Shown: positions 34,496 through 43,911 of the stretch, in pieces
How the letters are laid out: each line of letters begins with the position of its first letter
How positions within the stretch are numbered: the stretch's first letter is position 1
Source of the DNA: an uncultured bacterium
Lineage (GTDB): Bacteria; Patescibacteriota; Saccharimonadia; UBA4664
Direction: 5' to 3'
DNA length: 64,000 nucleotides
Assembly: GCA_963740635.1 (NCBI GenBank)
Contig: CAVUEQ010000003.1
Span: 33,350 to 97,349, forward strand
The notes under the pieces: model-generated
The model's input: only the letters and a program-made list of their open reading frames with translations
Database searches by the model: none
Told to the model about the DNA's origin: nothing
Position numbers and translations under genes: made by a program

Positions 34496-35725
34496 GTGAT
34501 GCCGAAATATTCGTTCCCGAAAGAGAAGATTAAGGTGCTGCTGCTGGAGAATATCCACGCCGAGGGGGTGGAGCGGCTGCGCGCCGAGGGGTATGCCGTG
34601 GAAACGCTGCCGGGGAGCCTGAATGATGCGGAGCTGGCCGAGCGGATCGGCGAGGTTTCGATACTCGGCATTCGCTCGAACACGCAGGTGACCGCGGCGG
34701 TGCTGGAGCGGGCCAAGCGGCTGCTGGCGGTGGGCGCGTTTTGCATTGGGACGAACCAGATTGATCTGGAGGCCGCGGCAGCACATGGGGTGGTGGTGTT
34801 TAACGCGCCGTTTAGCAACACGCGCAGCGTGGTGGAGCTGGCGATCGCCGAGATTATCGCGCTCAACCGGCGGCTGCTGGAGAAAAATGCAGCCACGCAC
34901 GCGGGCAAGTGGGACAAGTCGGCCGACGGCAGCCACGAGATTCGCGGGCAGCGGCTGGGGATAGTGGGGTATGGGAATATCGGCACGCAATTGAGCGTGC
35001 TGGCGGAGAATTTGGGCATGCAGGTGATGTATTACGACCTGGCCGATAAATTGTCACTGGGGAATGCCAAGCGGGCCGAGACGTTGGGCGAGCTGCTGGG
35101 TTGGGCCGACGTGGTGAGCTTGCATGTGGACGGCCGCAAAAGTAATACAGGAATTTTTGGCGAAGCGGAGCTGAAATTGATGAAGCCCGGCGCCCTGCTG
35201 CTGAACTTGAGCCGCGGGATAGTGGTGGATTTGGCGGCTTTGAGCCGGCACCTGAAGAGCGGGCACTTGGCCGGCGCGGCGGTGGACGTGTACGAGCAGG
35301 AACCCAAGCGCAAGGGTGATGAGTTTGTGAGCGGGCTGCAAGGCCTGCCCAACGTCATCCTGACCCCGCACGTGGCCGGCAGCACCGAGGAGGCGCAGGC
35401 GAATATCGGGCGGTTCGTGGCCGATAAGCTGATCTCGTTTATTAATGAGGGCACGACGGCGTTGAGCGTTAACCTGCCGGGATTGGGTCTGCCTCAACAA
35501 AAGGGCTCGCACCGGTTAATATTGATACACAAGAACCTGCCGGGGGTGCTGGCGCGGATAAATGGACTGATGGCCGAGGCCGGCGTAAACATCGACGGAC
35601 AGTACCTCGGCACGCGCGGGGATACAGGGTACGTGATCACGGACGTTAATGCTGAGCATGGTGACGAGATGGCCGAGGCCTTGCGGGCGATGCCGGAAAC
35701 TGTGCGACTGCGAATATTGTATTAG
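34496..35725 (+). CDS. serA: D-3-phosphoglycerate dehydrogenase with a C-terminal ACT domain
   Basis: 409 aa. It has the GIVGYGNIGTQ NAD motif, a catalytic H/E region, and an ACT-like tail (HRLILIHKNLPGVLARINGLMAEAGVNI). Confidence 0.9.
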   Translation: MMPKYSFPKEKIKVLLLENIHAEGVERLRAEGYAVETLPGSLNDAELAERIGEVSILGIRSNTQVTAAVLERAKRLLAVGAFCIGTNQIDLEAAAAHGVVVFNAPFSNTRSVVELAIAEIIALNRRLLEKNAATHAGKWDKSADGSHEIRGQRLGIVGYGNIGTQLSVLAENLGMQVMYYDLADKLSLGNAKRAETLGELLGWADVVSLHVDGRKSNTGIFGEAELKLMKPGALLLNLSRGIVVDLAALSRHLKSGHLAGAAVDVYEQEPKRKGDEFVSGLQGLPNVILTPHVAGSTEEAQANIGRFVADKLISFINEGTTALSVNLPGLGLPQQKGSHRLILIHKNLPGVLARINGLMAEAGVNIDGQYLGTRGDTGYVITDVNAEHGDEMAEALRAMPETVRLRILY

Positions 35726-35737
35726 GAGGAGCAAAGT

Positions 35738-36829
35738 TTGGCCGTATTTTTCACCCCAGGACCAGCGCAGCCGTATCCGAAATTGAAGGCGTTTATGGAA
35801 GAGGCCTGGGCGGAGGATGTGCTGTCGACCAGCCACCGCGGCGCGCAATTTAAGGACATTTACCGGCGGACTGACTTGGCTTTGCGCGCGCTGATGGACG
35901 TGCCGGCCGATTGGCAGATTGTGTTTATGGGGTCGGCGACGGAGGCGATGGAGCGCACTTTGCAGGGTTTGGTGCGGCGGCGCAGCCACCATTTTGTGAA
36001 CGGGGCGTTTTCCAAGAAGTGGTACGAGATGGCGTGGCAGCTCGGGAAATCGCCGTCGGTGCACCGGGCGGGGGCCGGCGAGGGCTTTGGCGAGGTGACG
36101 CTGGAATCTGAGGGCGACGCCGAGCTGGTGTGCGTGACGCTGAGCGAAACCAGCACCGGGGTGGTGTGGCCGGCGGCGGAGCTGGCGTGGCTGGCCGCGG
36201 CGGTGGCGGCGCGCGGCGAGGGCCAACCGCTCGTGGCGGTGGACGTGGTGAGCGCGGTGCCGGTGGTGCCGGTGCCATGGGCGCAGGCTGATGCGGCGTT
36301 TTTCTTGGTGCAGAAGGCTTTTGGTTTGCCGGCCGGGCTGGGGGTGCTGATGCTGGGACCGCGGGCGATGGAGCGCGCGGAGGAGCTGGCGGCGGACGGC
36401 GAGCCGGTGGGCAGCTATCACCGCCTGACCGAGCTGGCCAAGGGCGGCCGCCAGTTCCAGACGCCCGAGACGCCCAATGTGCTGGCGATTTATCTGCTCG
36501 GACGGGTGGCCGAGGACATGCTCGCGCGGGGTATCGGGGCGCTGCGGGACGAAAACGCGGTGCGGGCGGCGACTTTGTATGGCGCCGTAAACGCGCACCG
36601 GCGCCTGGAACCATTTGTGGCGGATGAGGCCTGGCGCTCACCGACCGTAGTGGTGGCCGAGGTCGAGGGCGGCAGCGCGGGGCTGCACGACCACCTGGCG
36701 GCGCGCGGGTACGTGCCCGGCCGGGGCTATGGCGAGCTCAAGGACCGGCACATCCGCATCGCCAACTTCCCCGCCTCCACCGATGAGGAATTTGAGGCGG
36801 TGCTGGAACATTTGGCCCAATATGACTGA
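35738..36829 (+). CDS. serC: Class V aminotransferase, phosphoserine aminotransferase-like
   Basis: 363 aa with a TTG start. FTPGPAQPYPKL...SHRGAQFKDIY and its position directly after serA support the call. Confidence 0.75.
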   Translation: MAVFFTPGPAQPYPKLKAFMEEAWAEDVLSTSHRGAQFKDIYRRTDLALRALMDVPADWQIVFMGSATEAMERTLQGLVRRRSHHFVNGAFSKKWYEMAWQLGKSPSVHRAGAGEGFGEVTLESEGDAELVCVTLSETSTGVVWPAAELAWLAAAVAARGEGQPLVAVDVVSAVPVVPVPWAQADAAFFLVQKAFGLPAGLGVLMLGPRAMERAEELAADGEPVGSYHRLTELAKGGRQFQTPETPNVLAIYLLGRVAEDMLARGIGALRDENAVRAATLYGAVNAHRRLEPFVADEAWRSPTVVVAEVEGGSAGLHDHLAARGYVPGRGYGELKDRHIRIANFPASTDEEFEAVLEHLAQYD

Positions 36830-36901
36830 GCCGGCGTACGTGGTGCTGGATTTTGATAGCACAGGGGTGTAAAACTGTACAATACTTACGTCGAATCTTA
36901 C

Positions 36902-36976
36902 GCGGGCATAGTATAGAGGTTATTACTCCAGTTTTCCAAACTGGCTACGGGGGTTCGATTCCCCCTGCCCGCTCCA
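36902..36976 (+). tRNA. tRNA-Gly (anticodon TCC)
   Basis: Acceptor GCGGGCA/TGCCCGC, anticodon arm CCAGT-TTTCCAA-ACTGG, T-arm GGGGG-TTCGATT-CCCCC, and CCA. Confidence 0.9.
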
Positions 36977-37047
36977 GTATTTTTCTTGTAAGCCCGCTGG
37001 CGGAAATTATCGGAGTAGTTGCGAATTTATGATAAAGTACCTGTAAT

Positions 37048-38025
37048 ATGACGATGGAGATCCCAAACAAGAAGCGGCTGCAGATTTTTTCCGGGTCGCA
37101 CAATGGGAAGCTGGCTCAGGACGTGGCCAAAGAACTCGGTGTGGAGCTGGCGCCGCTGCGGCTGGGGCGGTTTGCGAATGGTGAAATATTGGTGCAGCTG
37201 GGGGAATCAGCGCGCGGGGCGGACGTGTTTGTGTTCTCGACGCACGACGAGCCGGTGAACGACGCCATTATGGAGCAGCTGATAATTATTGACGCGGTGA
37301 AGCGGGCGTCGGCCAAGCGTATTACGGCGGTGTGCCCGTATTTTGGGTACGCGCGCCAGGACCGCAAGGCCGCCGGACGCGAGCCAATCACGGCGAAATT
37401 GTTGGTGGATATGCTGACGGTGGCCGGGGCGGACAGGATTGTGAGCGTGGACCTGCACTCGGGCCAGATCCAGGGCTTTTTCGACGGGCCGTTCGACCAC
37501 CTCACGGCGCTGCCGGCGCTGAGCGAATACATTAAGGAGCACTTTGGCAACGACGTGGTGATAGTGTCGCCCGATGCCGGACGGGTGAAGACGAGCGAGC
37601 GGTATGTGCGGCGGATTGGCGCTGATCTGGCGATCGTGCACAAAACGCGATCGAAGACCAAGGCTAACGCGGTGGAGGCCAAGAACGTGATCGGCGAGGT
37701 GGAGGGCCGCAACTGCGTGCTGATTGACGATATGATTGACACGGCCGGCACGATTGTGGCGGCGGCTGAGCTGCTAAAGCAAGCCGGCGCGGCGGAAATT
37801 TTGGTGATGGCCACGCATGGGATTTTGTCGGCGCCGGCGCTGGAGCGGCTGGAGGAAGCCCCGATTGAGCGCATTGTAGTGACCGACACTTTGCCCTTGC
37901 CGGCGCTGCCCAGATCCAAGAAGCTCGAGGTGGTGACTATCGCCCCGCTGATGGCCGAAGCGATCCGGGCCATTTACCTCGACGAATCCGTCTCCAAGAT
38001 TTTTGGCGGCGAAAACCACATCTGA
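37048..38025 (+). CDS. prs: Ribose-phosphate pyrophosphokinase
   Basis: 325 aa with the YFGYARQDRK and VLIDDMIDTAGT PRPP-binding motifs. Confidence 0.92.
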   Translation: MTMEIPNKKRLQIFSGSHNGKLAQDVAKELGVELAPLRLGRFANGEILVQLGESARGADVFVFSTHDEPVNDAIMEQLIIIDAVKRASAKRITAVCPYFGYARQDRKAAGREPITAKLLVDMLTVAGADRIVSVDLHSGQIQGFFDGPFDHLTALPALSEYIKEHFGNDVVIVSPDAGRVKTSERYVRRIGADLAIVHKTRSKTKANAVEAKNVIGEVEGRNCVLIDDMIDTAGTIVAAAELLKQAGAAEILVMATHGILSAPALERLEEAPIERIVVTDTLPLPALPRSKKLEVVTIAPLMAEAIRAIYLDESVSKIFGGENHI

Positions 38026-38076
38026 TACAATGACTGCGCCTTAAATTAGGTCAATCGCGCATTGTAGCGCGAATAC

Positions 38077-38152
38077 GCCCCGGTAGCTCAGCTGGATAGA
38101 GCAGTGGACTTCTAAGCCAAGGTCGCAGGTTCGAATCCTGCCCGGGGTACCA
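38077..38152 (+). tRNA. tRNA-Arg (anticodon TCT) with a non-canonical anticodon stem
   Basis: The acceptor, D-arm and T-arm (GCAGG-TTCGAAT-CCTGC) are canonical. The anticodon arm GTGGA-CTTCTAA-GCCAA has only 3 Watson-Crick pairs, with G.A at 27-43 and A.G at 31-39. Confidence 0.75.
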
Positions 38153-38169
38153 AGGAATTATTTGATCGT

Positions 38170-38442
38170 TTAGCGGATAGTTTCTTTGAGACGTTTGCCG
38201 GCGCGGAAGCGGGGCATGGCCATCTCGGGGATCTGGATTTCGCTGCCGGTCTGCGGGTTGACTCCGCGGCGGGCGGCGCGCTTGCCCAGATCAAACGTGC
38301 CGAAGCCGGTGATGGAGACCTTTTCGCCTTTGGCTACGGTCCGCTCAACAATCGCCACGAGCGCGGCGAGCATCTTCTCCGTCTGCCGCTTAGTAGTGTT
38401 GGTCTCGGCGGCTAGGGTTTCTATGAGGTGCTGTTTCGTCAT
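38170..38442 (-). CDS. hup: HU family DNA-binding protein
   Basis: 90 aa. It has MTKQHLIETLAAETNTTKRQTEKMLAALV...GFGTFDLGKRAARRGVNPQTG. Confidence 0.9.
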   Translation of the reverse strand: MTKQHLIETLAAETNTTKRQTEKMLAALVAIVERTVAKGEKVSITGFGTFDLGKRAARRGVNPQTGSEIQIPEMAMPRFRAGKRLKETIR

Positions 38443-38503
38443 CTCTACTCCCAGATTACATATTCTATATTACTCGCGAGGCTTGGCTTAGGTAAAGCCG
38501 GAA

Positions 38504-39301
38504 TTATACAAACTTTATGACTTGCTCGATGGATTTAGCGCGAATTTTGCCAGTTTCGGTCTCTATGAGGACCGAGCAAAACTGCATGGCGCCGCCATTT
38601 TCGAGTTCATTGCGGCTGCGGCTGCCGGTTTTCCAGCGCTCAATTATCACCTCGGTCTTGATGCCCAGGCTGGAATCCAGGCTGCCGGCCATGCCGACGT
38701 CGGTGATGTGGGCCGTGCCGCCAGGCAGGATGCGGGCGTCGGCGGTGGGGACGTGCCAGTGGTCGCCGATGACGGCCGTGACGCGCCCGTCCAGATACTG
38801 ACCAATTACGAGCTTCTCAGACGAAAAATCACCGTGATAATTCACAACAATGGCAGCCGGTTTGAGAGATTTTGTGTCTTCGAGAATACGGTCGGCGACC
38901 TCCAGGGGGTTGTCGAGGTTTTCGGGCTGGCGGTAACCGACGGTTTGGCCCAGCAGGCTGATGACGAGGATTTGGCCAAACGGCGTATCGGCCACTTTGT
39001 AGCCGCGGCCGGGCGTGCCTGCCGGGTAGTTGGCGGACCGGATGAGGGGGCGGGCCGGGTCCTCGAGCCAGGGGTAGATTTCAGCGCGGTGGAGCGTCCA
39101 GTCGCCGGCGGTGAAGAAATTGACTCCGGCCGCCTGCGTTTCCTCCACCGCTTTGATTTGCAGACCCTTCCCGTTGGACAGGTTCTCGCCTTGGGCCAAC
39201 ACGAAGTCGATCGCGCGCTCGCGGATAAGATCCGGGAGGAGCTGCTTGACGGTTTTGCGGCCGGGCCGCCCCATTATGTCGCCGATGTAGAGGAGCTTCA
39301 T
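38504..39301 (-). CDS. ymdB: YmdB-like metallophosphoesterase (2',3'-cyclic-nucleotide phosphodiesterase family)
   Basis: 265 aa with the MKLLYIGDIMGRPGR...AQGENLSNGKGL signature. Confidence 0.85.
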   Translation of the reverse strand: MKLLYIGDIMGRPGRKTVKQLLPDLIRERAIDFVLAQGENLSNGKGLQIKAVEETQAAGVNFFTAGDWTLHRAEIYPWLEDPARPLIRSANYPAGTPGRGYKVADTPFGQILVISLLGQTVGYRQPENLDNPLEVADRILEDTKSLKPAAIVVNYHGDFSSEKLVIGQYLDGRVTAVIGDHWHVPTADARILPGGTAHITDVGMAGSLDSSLGIKTEVIIERWKTGSRSRNELENGGAMQFCSVLIETETGKIRAKSIEQVIKFV

Positions 39302-39831
39302 GCACCGGCCTTCTTAACCATTTCGATTTCCGGCATGACCGCACCGCTGGGCAAAGCAAATTCGTCATCGTGTGAGTGGTCGGATGGCATAAACCCCGCT
39401 TTGGAGTAGGCTGCGATGGCCGGGTGGTTATACGCGACTACGTGAAGGAAAGAGTCTTTGCCGCTGCCAAGCCAACCGATAGCCTCCGCGAGCAACCGCG
39501 TACCAATTCCCTGTCGCTGGTAAGTGGGCAACACGTATAGAGCTTTGATTTCGTTGCGGGGGTCACCGGTAGCACCGGCCACAAAGCCGACGATTTCGCC
39601 ATCGGCTAGGGCGACCCAGTTTTTCATGGTATCAGTTGGCAAAAGGTAGCCCCGCCAACGTTCAATCCGGTCTTCAGCCGGATCCTTGGCGATATGAGAG
39701 CGAATGTCGGCAATGGTGACGCCATGCTCTGCGCTCGGGTAGGCGTCGAGCCAGGTGTCGTCCTTGAGGCGCAGCACCTGCGCGGCATCGTCGGGCTGCG
39801 ACAGTCGGATGGTGATGGTTTGAGAGCTCAT
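39298..39831 (-). CDS. GNAT family N-acetyltransferase
   Basis: 177 aa with the acetyl-CoA motif YQRQGIGTRLL. Confidence 0.75.
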   Translation of the reverse strand: MSSQTITIRLSQPDDAAQVLRLKDDTWLDAYPSAEHGVTIADIRSHIAKDPAEDRIERWRGYLLPTDTMKNWVALADGEIVGFVAGATGDPRNEIKALYVLPTYQRQGIGTRLLAEAIGWLGSGKDSFLHVVAYNHPAIAAYSKAGFMPSDHSHDDEFALPSGAVMPEIEMVKKAGA

Positions 39832-40373
39832 GATATGACCCGGGAAAGTTCTTTTTTGAGAGTGTCGATTAATTCTGGGAAGGTATTATCCTCGAAATGA
39901 CCCCGTTTGGGAAGCTCGAAGTACTTGGTGCGCAGGTGCTTGGCGATGAAGCGGGCTTCCGCGATGGGGATATATGGATCTGTGGGCGAGGCAAATTGGA
40001 TGATGAACCGCTGGTTTCGGCGGATGGCGTCCCAGTCCCAAGGAGCGTCGAAATAGCCGCTGACCTTTTCGCTGGATTCACCGAGGTCGGTGTGGCTGGC
40101 GCCAACGAGGACGCTGCCCAGGATTTGGTGGGTTTCGGCGTAGCGCATGGCGGCCACGGCGCCGGAGCTGTGGCCGATAATGACGGTATTGGCGTCGGCG
40201 CCGAGCTCATCGATAAAGGGCAACCAGTACTGCGCACGGGCCTTGTCGTTGTCGGGGAAGGTGCGGTTGATGACCTCGAGCCCCAGCTTTTCGAGCTCGC
40301 GCTCGGCGTACGGCAGCCAAACGTCGTTGGAATTCGAGCCGCCGTTGCCGTGGATGAGAACTACTTTGGTCAT
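39828..40373 (-). CDS. RBBP9/YdeN-like alpha/beta serine hydrolase
   Basis: Start set at [13 protein letters not shown]. The nucleophile motif is IIGHSSGA. Confidence 0.7.
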   Translation of the reverse strand: MTKVVLIHGNGGSNSNDVWLPYAERELEKLGLEVINRTFPDNDKARAQYWLPFIDELGADANTVIIGHSSGAVAAMRYAETHQILGSVLVGASHTDLGESSEKVSGYFDAPWDWDAIRRNQRFIIQFASPTDPYIPIAEARFIAKHLRTKYFELPKRGHFEDNTFPELIDTLKKELSRVIS

Positions 40374-40792
40374 AGGCCGAGGGCGTCCAGAGTGGCAAAC
40401 AGGTAATCCGGGGCGCGCAGGTCGGAGGTAATGGCGCGGATTTCGGCCGGGGTAAACCATTGGGCGTCGAGGATTTCGTCGGGGTCGAAATGGAGCTCGC
40501 CGCCGGTGATATCGGCCGCAAACGGGTGCAAAACCGGACGGTCGATGGCGGCATGCATGACCGGCAAGGCTGTTGTAAGAGTTACATCTAGGCCTACCTC
40601 TTCGCGCGCTTCGCGGATAGCGGCATCCTCAATCGTTTCGCCTTCGTCAACGTGGCCGCCGGGTAAATTCCATTTGCCATAGACTTTGGGGATTTTTTCC
40701 TGGATCATCAGCACCTTGCCGTGCTCGACGATTACGACACTGGCCACGACGTGGATGAGGGCCGGCTGGGGTTCGCGGGTTAAATCAGGCAT
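40370..40792 (-). CDS. NUDIX hydrolase
   Basis: Nudix box [24 protein letters not shown]. Confidence 0.8.
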   Translation of the reverse strand: MPDLTREPQPALIHVVASVVIVEHGKVLMIQEKIPKVYGKWNLPGGHVDEGETIEDAAIREAREEVGLDVTLTTALPVMHAAIDRPVLHPFAADITGGELHFDPDEILDAQWFTPAEIRAITSDLRAPDYLFATLDALGL

Positions 40793-41384
40793 TGGCGGCC
40801 TCCTTTTTACCGGGCCTCAGGTTTGGGAATTTCACAAAGATGAAGATGGTGCCGCAGAGAATGGCGGCGTAGAGCGGGAAAGCGACGTTGGCGAGGTTCC
40901 AGGTGTCGATAGTGAGCAGCGTCAGTATACTGCCAAAGAAGCCCGAGAGGTAGGCGAAGGCGCTCTCGGTGGCGGGATGGCGGTAGGCTTTGATGACGGT
41001 GGGGGTGGCGGCGAGGGCGTCGGCCAGAATGCTGAAGACGATAGCAACATTGCCGGTTTTGGTGATAATCCAGAGGATGAGTGCGAGTACCGACATGGCC
41101 CCGCAGGCGATGTCAAACCGGGATAGGCGCCAGTAAGACTGCTTGTTCAGGAATGAAGCCAGCATCACCAGCGCCGGGCCGAAGAAGGCCACAAAGGTGA
41201 ATGCCGCGGGAAAGGTGACTCCTTGCTGGATTTCAGCCGCAAACGTGATGAGCGGCGCCAGCGACCACAGCACCCAGGTGACGCGGTTGGGCTTGGTAGT
41301 GCCGCGGAGGGTGTCGATCGCGTACATGCCGGTGCCCACCAGGTTGATGGCGGCGCCGAGGAGGGCGAAACGGGGATCAAGCAT
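40785..41384 (-). CDS. Multi-pass membrane protein, hypothetical
   Basis: 199 aa with about 6 TM segments. Confidence 0.65.
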   Translation of the reverse strand: MLDPRFALLGAAINLVGTGMYAIDTLRGTTKPNRVTWVLWSLAPLITFAAEIQQGVTFPAAFTFVAFFGPALVMLASFLNKQSYWRLSRFDIACGAMSVLALILWIITKTGNVAIVFSILADALAATPTVIKAYRHPATESAFAYLSGFFGSILTLLTIDTWNLANVAFPLYAAILCGTIFIFVKFPNLRPGKKEAANA

Positions 41385-41402
41385 GCGTTTCTCCCCTACG
41401 AG

Positions 41403-42926
41403 TTATTTCGCGTACTCGACGGCGCGGGTTTCGCGGATGACGTTGACCTTGATGACGCCGGGGAACTTGAGGGTGGCCTCGACTTTGGTGGCGATGTCTC
41501 GGGCCATTTTGATGGCTTGGAGGTCGTCGATGCGCTCGGGCTCGACGATGATGCGGATCTCGCGGCCGGCGGAGATGGCGTAGGACTTCTCGACGCCGGG
41601 GAAGCTGTTGGCGAGGTTCTCGAGCTCGGTCATGCGCTTGGCGTAGTTTTCGAGGGTGTCGCCGCGGGCGCCGGGACGGCCGGCGGAGAGGGCGTCGCAG
41701 ATGCGGACAATGACGGCCTCGGGGGTGGTGGCTTCGACGTCGTCGTGGTGGGCATTGATGGCGTGCACGATGGCCTCCTCCATGCCGTACTTCTGCGCCA
41801 GCTCGGCGCCGATGTGGTGGTGGCCGCCCTCGATCTCGTGGGTGACGGCCTTGCCGATGTCGTGCAGCAGGGTGGCGGTCTTGGCGATGCGGACGTCGGC
41901 GCCGACGTCTCCGGCGATCATGCCCGCGAGGTTGGCCATTTCGACCGAGTGCTTGAGGACGTTTTGCGAGTAACTGGTGCGGTACTTGAGCTGGCCAAGG
42001 AGCTTGACCATCTCAATGGGTACGCCCACCACGCCGGTTTCTTTGAGGGCTTTTTCGCCGGCCTCTTTGACGGCGCGGTCGATCTCGGATTTGGCCTTTT
42101 CGACGACCTCCTCGATGCGGGCAGGGTGAATGCGGCCGTCGGACAGCAACTTTTCGAGCGCCACGCGGGCGATCTGCCGGCGCATGGGGTCGAAAGACGA
42201 TAGCACGATAGCGCCGGGGGTTTCGTCGATGATGACATCGACGCCGGTGGCGCGTTCGAGCGCCTGGATGTTGCGGCCCTCCTTGCCAATCACGCGGCCC
42301 TTGAGCTCATCGGACGGCAGCGGCACCGTGGTGATAGTGCGCTCGGCGGTCTGGTCGGAGGCCATGCGCTCCATGGCGGACACCAAAATCATCTTGGCGT
42401 CTTCGTCGGCTTCCTCTTTGGCGTCGGTCTGGAGCTTGGAAACCACCTTCACGAGGTCGGCTTTGATATCGCGCTCGGTCATTTTGAGGAGCTTGTCTTT
42501 GGCCTCGTCCTTGCTGAGGCCGGCAATCTTCTCGAGGTTAACCTGCTGCTTGGCGCGGATTTCGCGCAGCTCTTCTTTTAGGTTATCGAGGTCAGCTTCG
42601 TGCTTGCGCAATTTCTCGCCGCGCCGGTCGAGCTCTTCCAGTTTTTGGTCGAGGCTGCCCTGGCGTTGCATGAGCTGCTGTTCGGTCTGGGTGATTTGGC
42701 TGCGGCGCTCTTTTTCTTCGCGCTTGGCGGCTTCGGCCGTACGCAGAGCTTCGGTTTTGGCCTCCAGCGTTATGCTCTTGGCTTCGTTGCGGGCGTCCGC
42801 CACGAGTTTGGTGGCGGTATCGGATGCCGACTTGGCCTTGCGACTTGTGGAAACCTGGTTATAAACAATGACGCCGCCGCCTCCAATCAGAAGGGCGCCG
42901 AGCACGGAAAAAATCTCTAAAAACAT
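41403..42926 (-). CDS. rny: Ribonuclease Y
   Basis: 507 aa. It has an N-terminal TM segment, a coiled coil, a KH domain (GRVIGKEGRNIQALE) and an HD domain (LLHDIGKA). Confidence 0.92.
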   Translation of the reverse strand: MFLEIFSVLGALLIGGGGVIVYNQVSTSRKAKSASDTATKLVADARNEAKSITLEAKTEALRTAEAAKREEKERRSQITQTEQQLMQRQGSLDQKLEELDRRGEKLRKHEADLDNLKEELREIRAKQQVNLEKIAGLSKDEAKDKLLKMTERDIKADLVKVVSKLQTDAKEEADEDAKMILVSAMERMASDQTAERTITTVPLPSDELKGRVIGKEGRNIQALERATGVDVIIDETPGAIVLSSFDPMRRQIARVALEKLLSDGRIHPARIEEVVEKAKSEIDRAVKEAGEKALKETGVVGVPIEMVKLLGQLKYRTSYSQNVLKHSVEMANLAGMIAGDVGADVRIAKTATLLHDIGKAVTHEIEGGHHHIGAELAQKYGMEEAIVHAINAHHDDVEATTPEAVIVRICDALSAGRPGARGDTLENYAKRMTELENLANSFPGVEKSYAISAGREIRIIVEPERIDDLQAIKMARDIATKVEATLKFPGVIKVNVIRETRAVEYAK

Positions 42927-43054
42927 TATTATTGGCCTTTTCAGACCTGCGGAGCCGGAAGTACTAGATTGAAAGCGTCAATGGAATTATCGGCAATAGC
43001 AGGTGTCAGCAGTAGTAGGGAACAGTCTCATTAAACGTGAGTTTCAGATTTCGG

Positions 43055-43450
43055 TCAAGTTTTGGGACGAGTGATGTGAGCTTCGGAGCCGTATTCCGGC
43101 AGGGCTGGGTGACCTGGTTTGGTGCTTACGAGCGCCTCAATTGCAGCCTGCACCCAGTTACCGCCAGACGCGCCGGCCACCGGAATGCCAACACTATCGG
43201 CCAGCGCGTTGGCGACCGTGTGGCCGATGCGCAACGACGTGAATGAGCCGGGCCCGGAAAAAACCACAATGCCGGTGAGGCCACCGGGGGTCTTGGAACG
43301 GGCGGCCAAAAGGCTGTCGATGCGCTCCAGAAGCTGGTCGGCCAGCGCCCGGCCGCTTTCCCAGTGCGTTTCGGCCAGCGGCTCGTCCACGCCCGGCTGG
43401 TACAGGGCGAGGTGGGTGTTGGCATCGGCGGTTTTGATGGCGAGAATCAT
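43055..43450 (-). CDS. tsaB: tRNA t6A biosynthesis protein TsaB (short form)
   Basis: 131 aa with GIVVFSGPGSFTSLRIGHTVANALA. Confidence 0.8.
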   Translation of the reverse strand: MILAIKTADANTHLALYQPGVDEPLAETHWESGRALADQLLERIDSLLAARSKTPGGLTGIVVFSGPGSFTSLRIGHTVANALADSVGIPVAGASGGNWVQAAIEALVSTKPGHPALPEYGSEAHITRPKT

Positions 43451-43911
43451 TGCCGAAGGCCCTCGACTAGCTGGTTTGAAACCGGGCCGCCGGCGCTGAA
43501 CTGGAGCCGCCGGCGCTGAGCGCTTACGACTTCGAAGTTAATCTTGAGGCGGTCGGCGGGCAGCCGGCCCTCGGCCACCCCGGCCCATTCGATGACGGTG
43601 ATGGTGTGCGGCTCGGCGATGTCTTCGCCGAGCTCGTCCCCCACCACGCCGGCGGTGTTAAGCCGGTACAGGTCGTAGTGGTGCAGCTCCCGGCCATCCG
43701 GCAGCGCGTAAATGTTGCTAAGGGTGAAGGTCGGGCTGGTAACCAGCTGCTTGTAGCCCAAGCCGGCTGCCAGGCCCTGGACGAAGGTGGTTTTACCCCC
43801 GCCGAGGTCGCTCGTCAGCTCGATCACTTCCCCGCCCGACAGCAACCGGGACAGGCGCCGGGCGGCCGACTGGGTACCCTCGGAGCTTGTAGTAGTAGTT
43901 TCGTAGGTCAT
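43447..43911 (-). CDS. tsaE: tRNA t6A biosynthesis ATPase TsaE
   Basis: It has the SDLGGGKTTFVQG P-loop, SPTFTL, and HYDLYRL. Start set at ATG 43911 (MTYETTT). Confidence 0.85.
   Translation of the reverse strand: MTYETTTTSSEGTQSAARRLSRLLSGGEVIELTSDLGGGKTTFVQGLAAGLGYKQLVTSPTFTLSNIYALPDGRELHHYDLYRLNTAGVVGDELGEDIAEPHTITVIEWAGVAEGRLPADRLKINFEVVSAQRRRLQFSAGGPVSNQLVEGLRQ

Noticed and set aside
36853-36883. A TTGATA...TGTACAAT promoter upstream of tRNA-Gly.
   Set aside because: The spacer is 19 nt, longer than optimal, so it is not listed as a feature.
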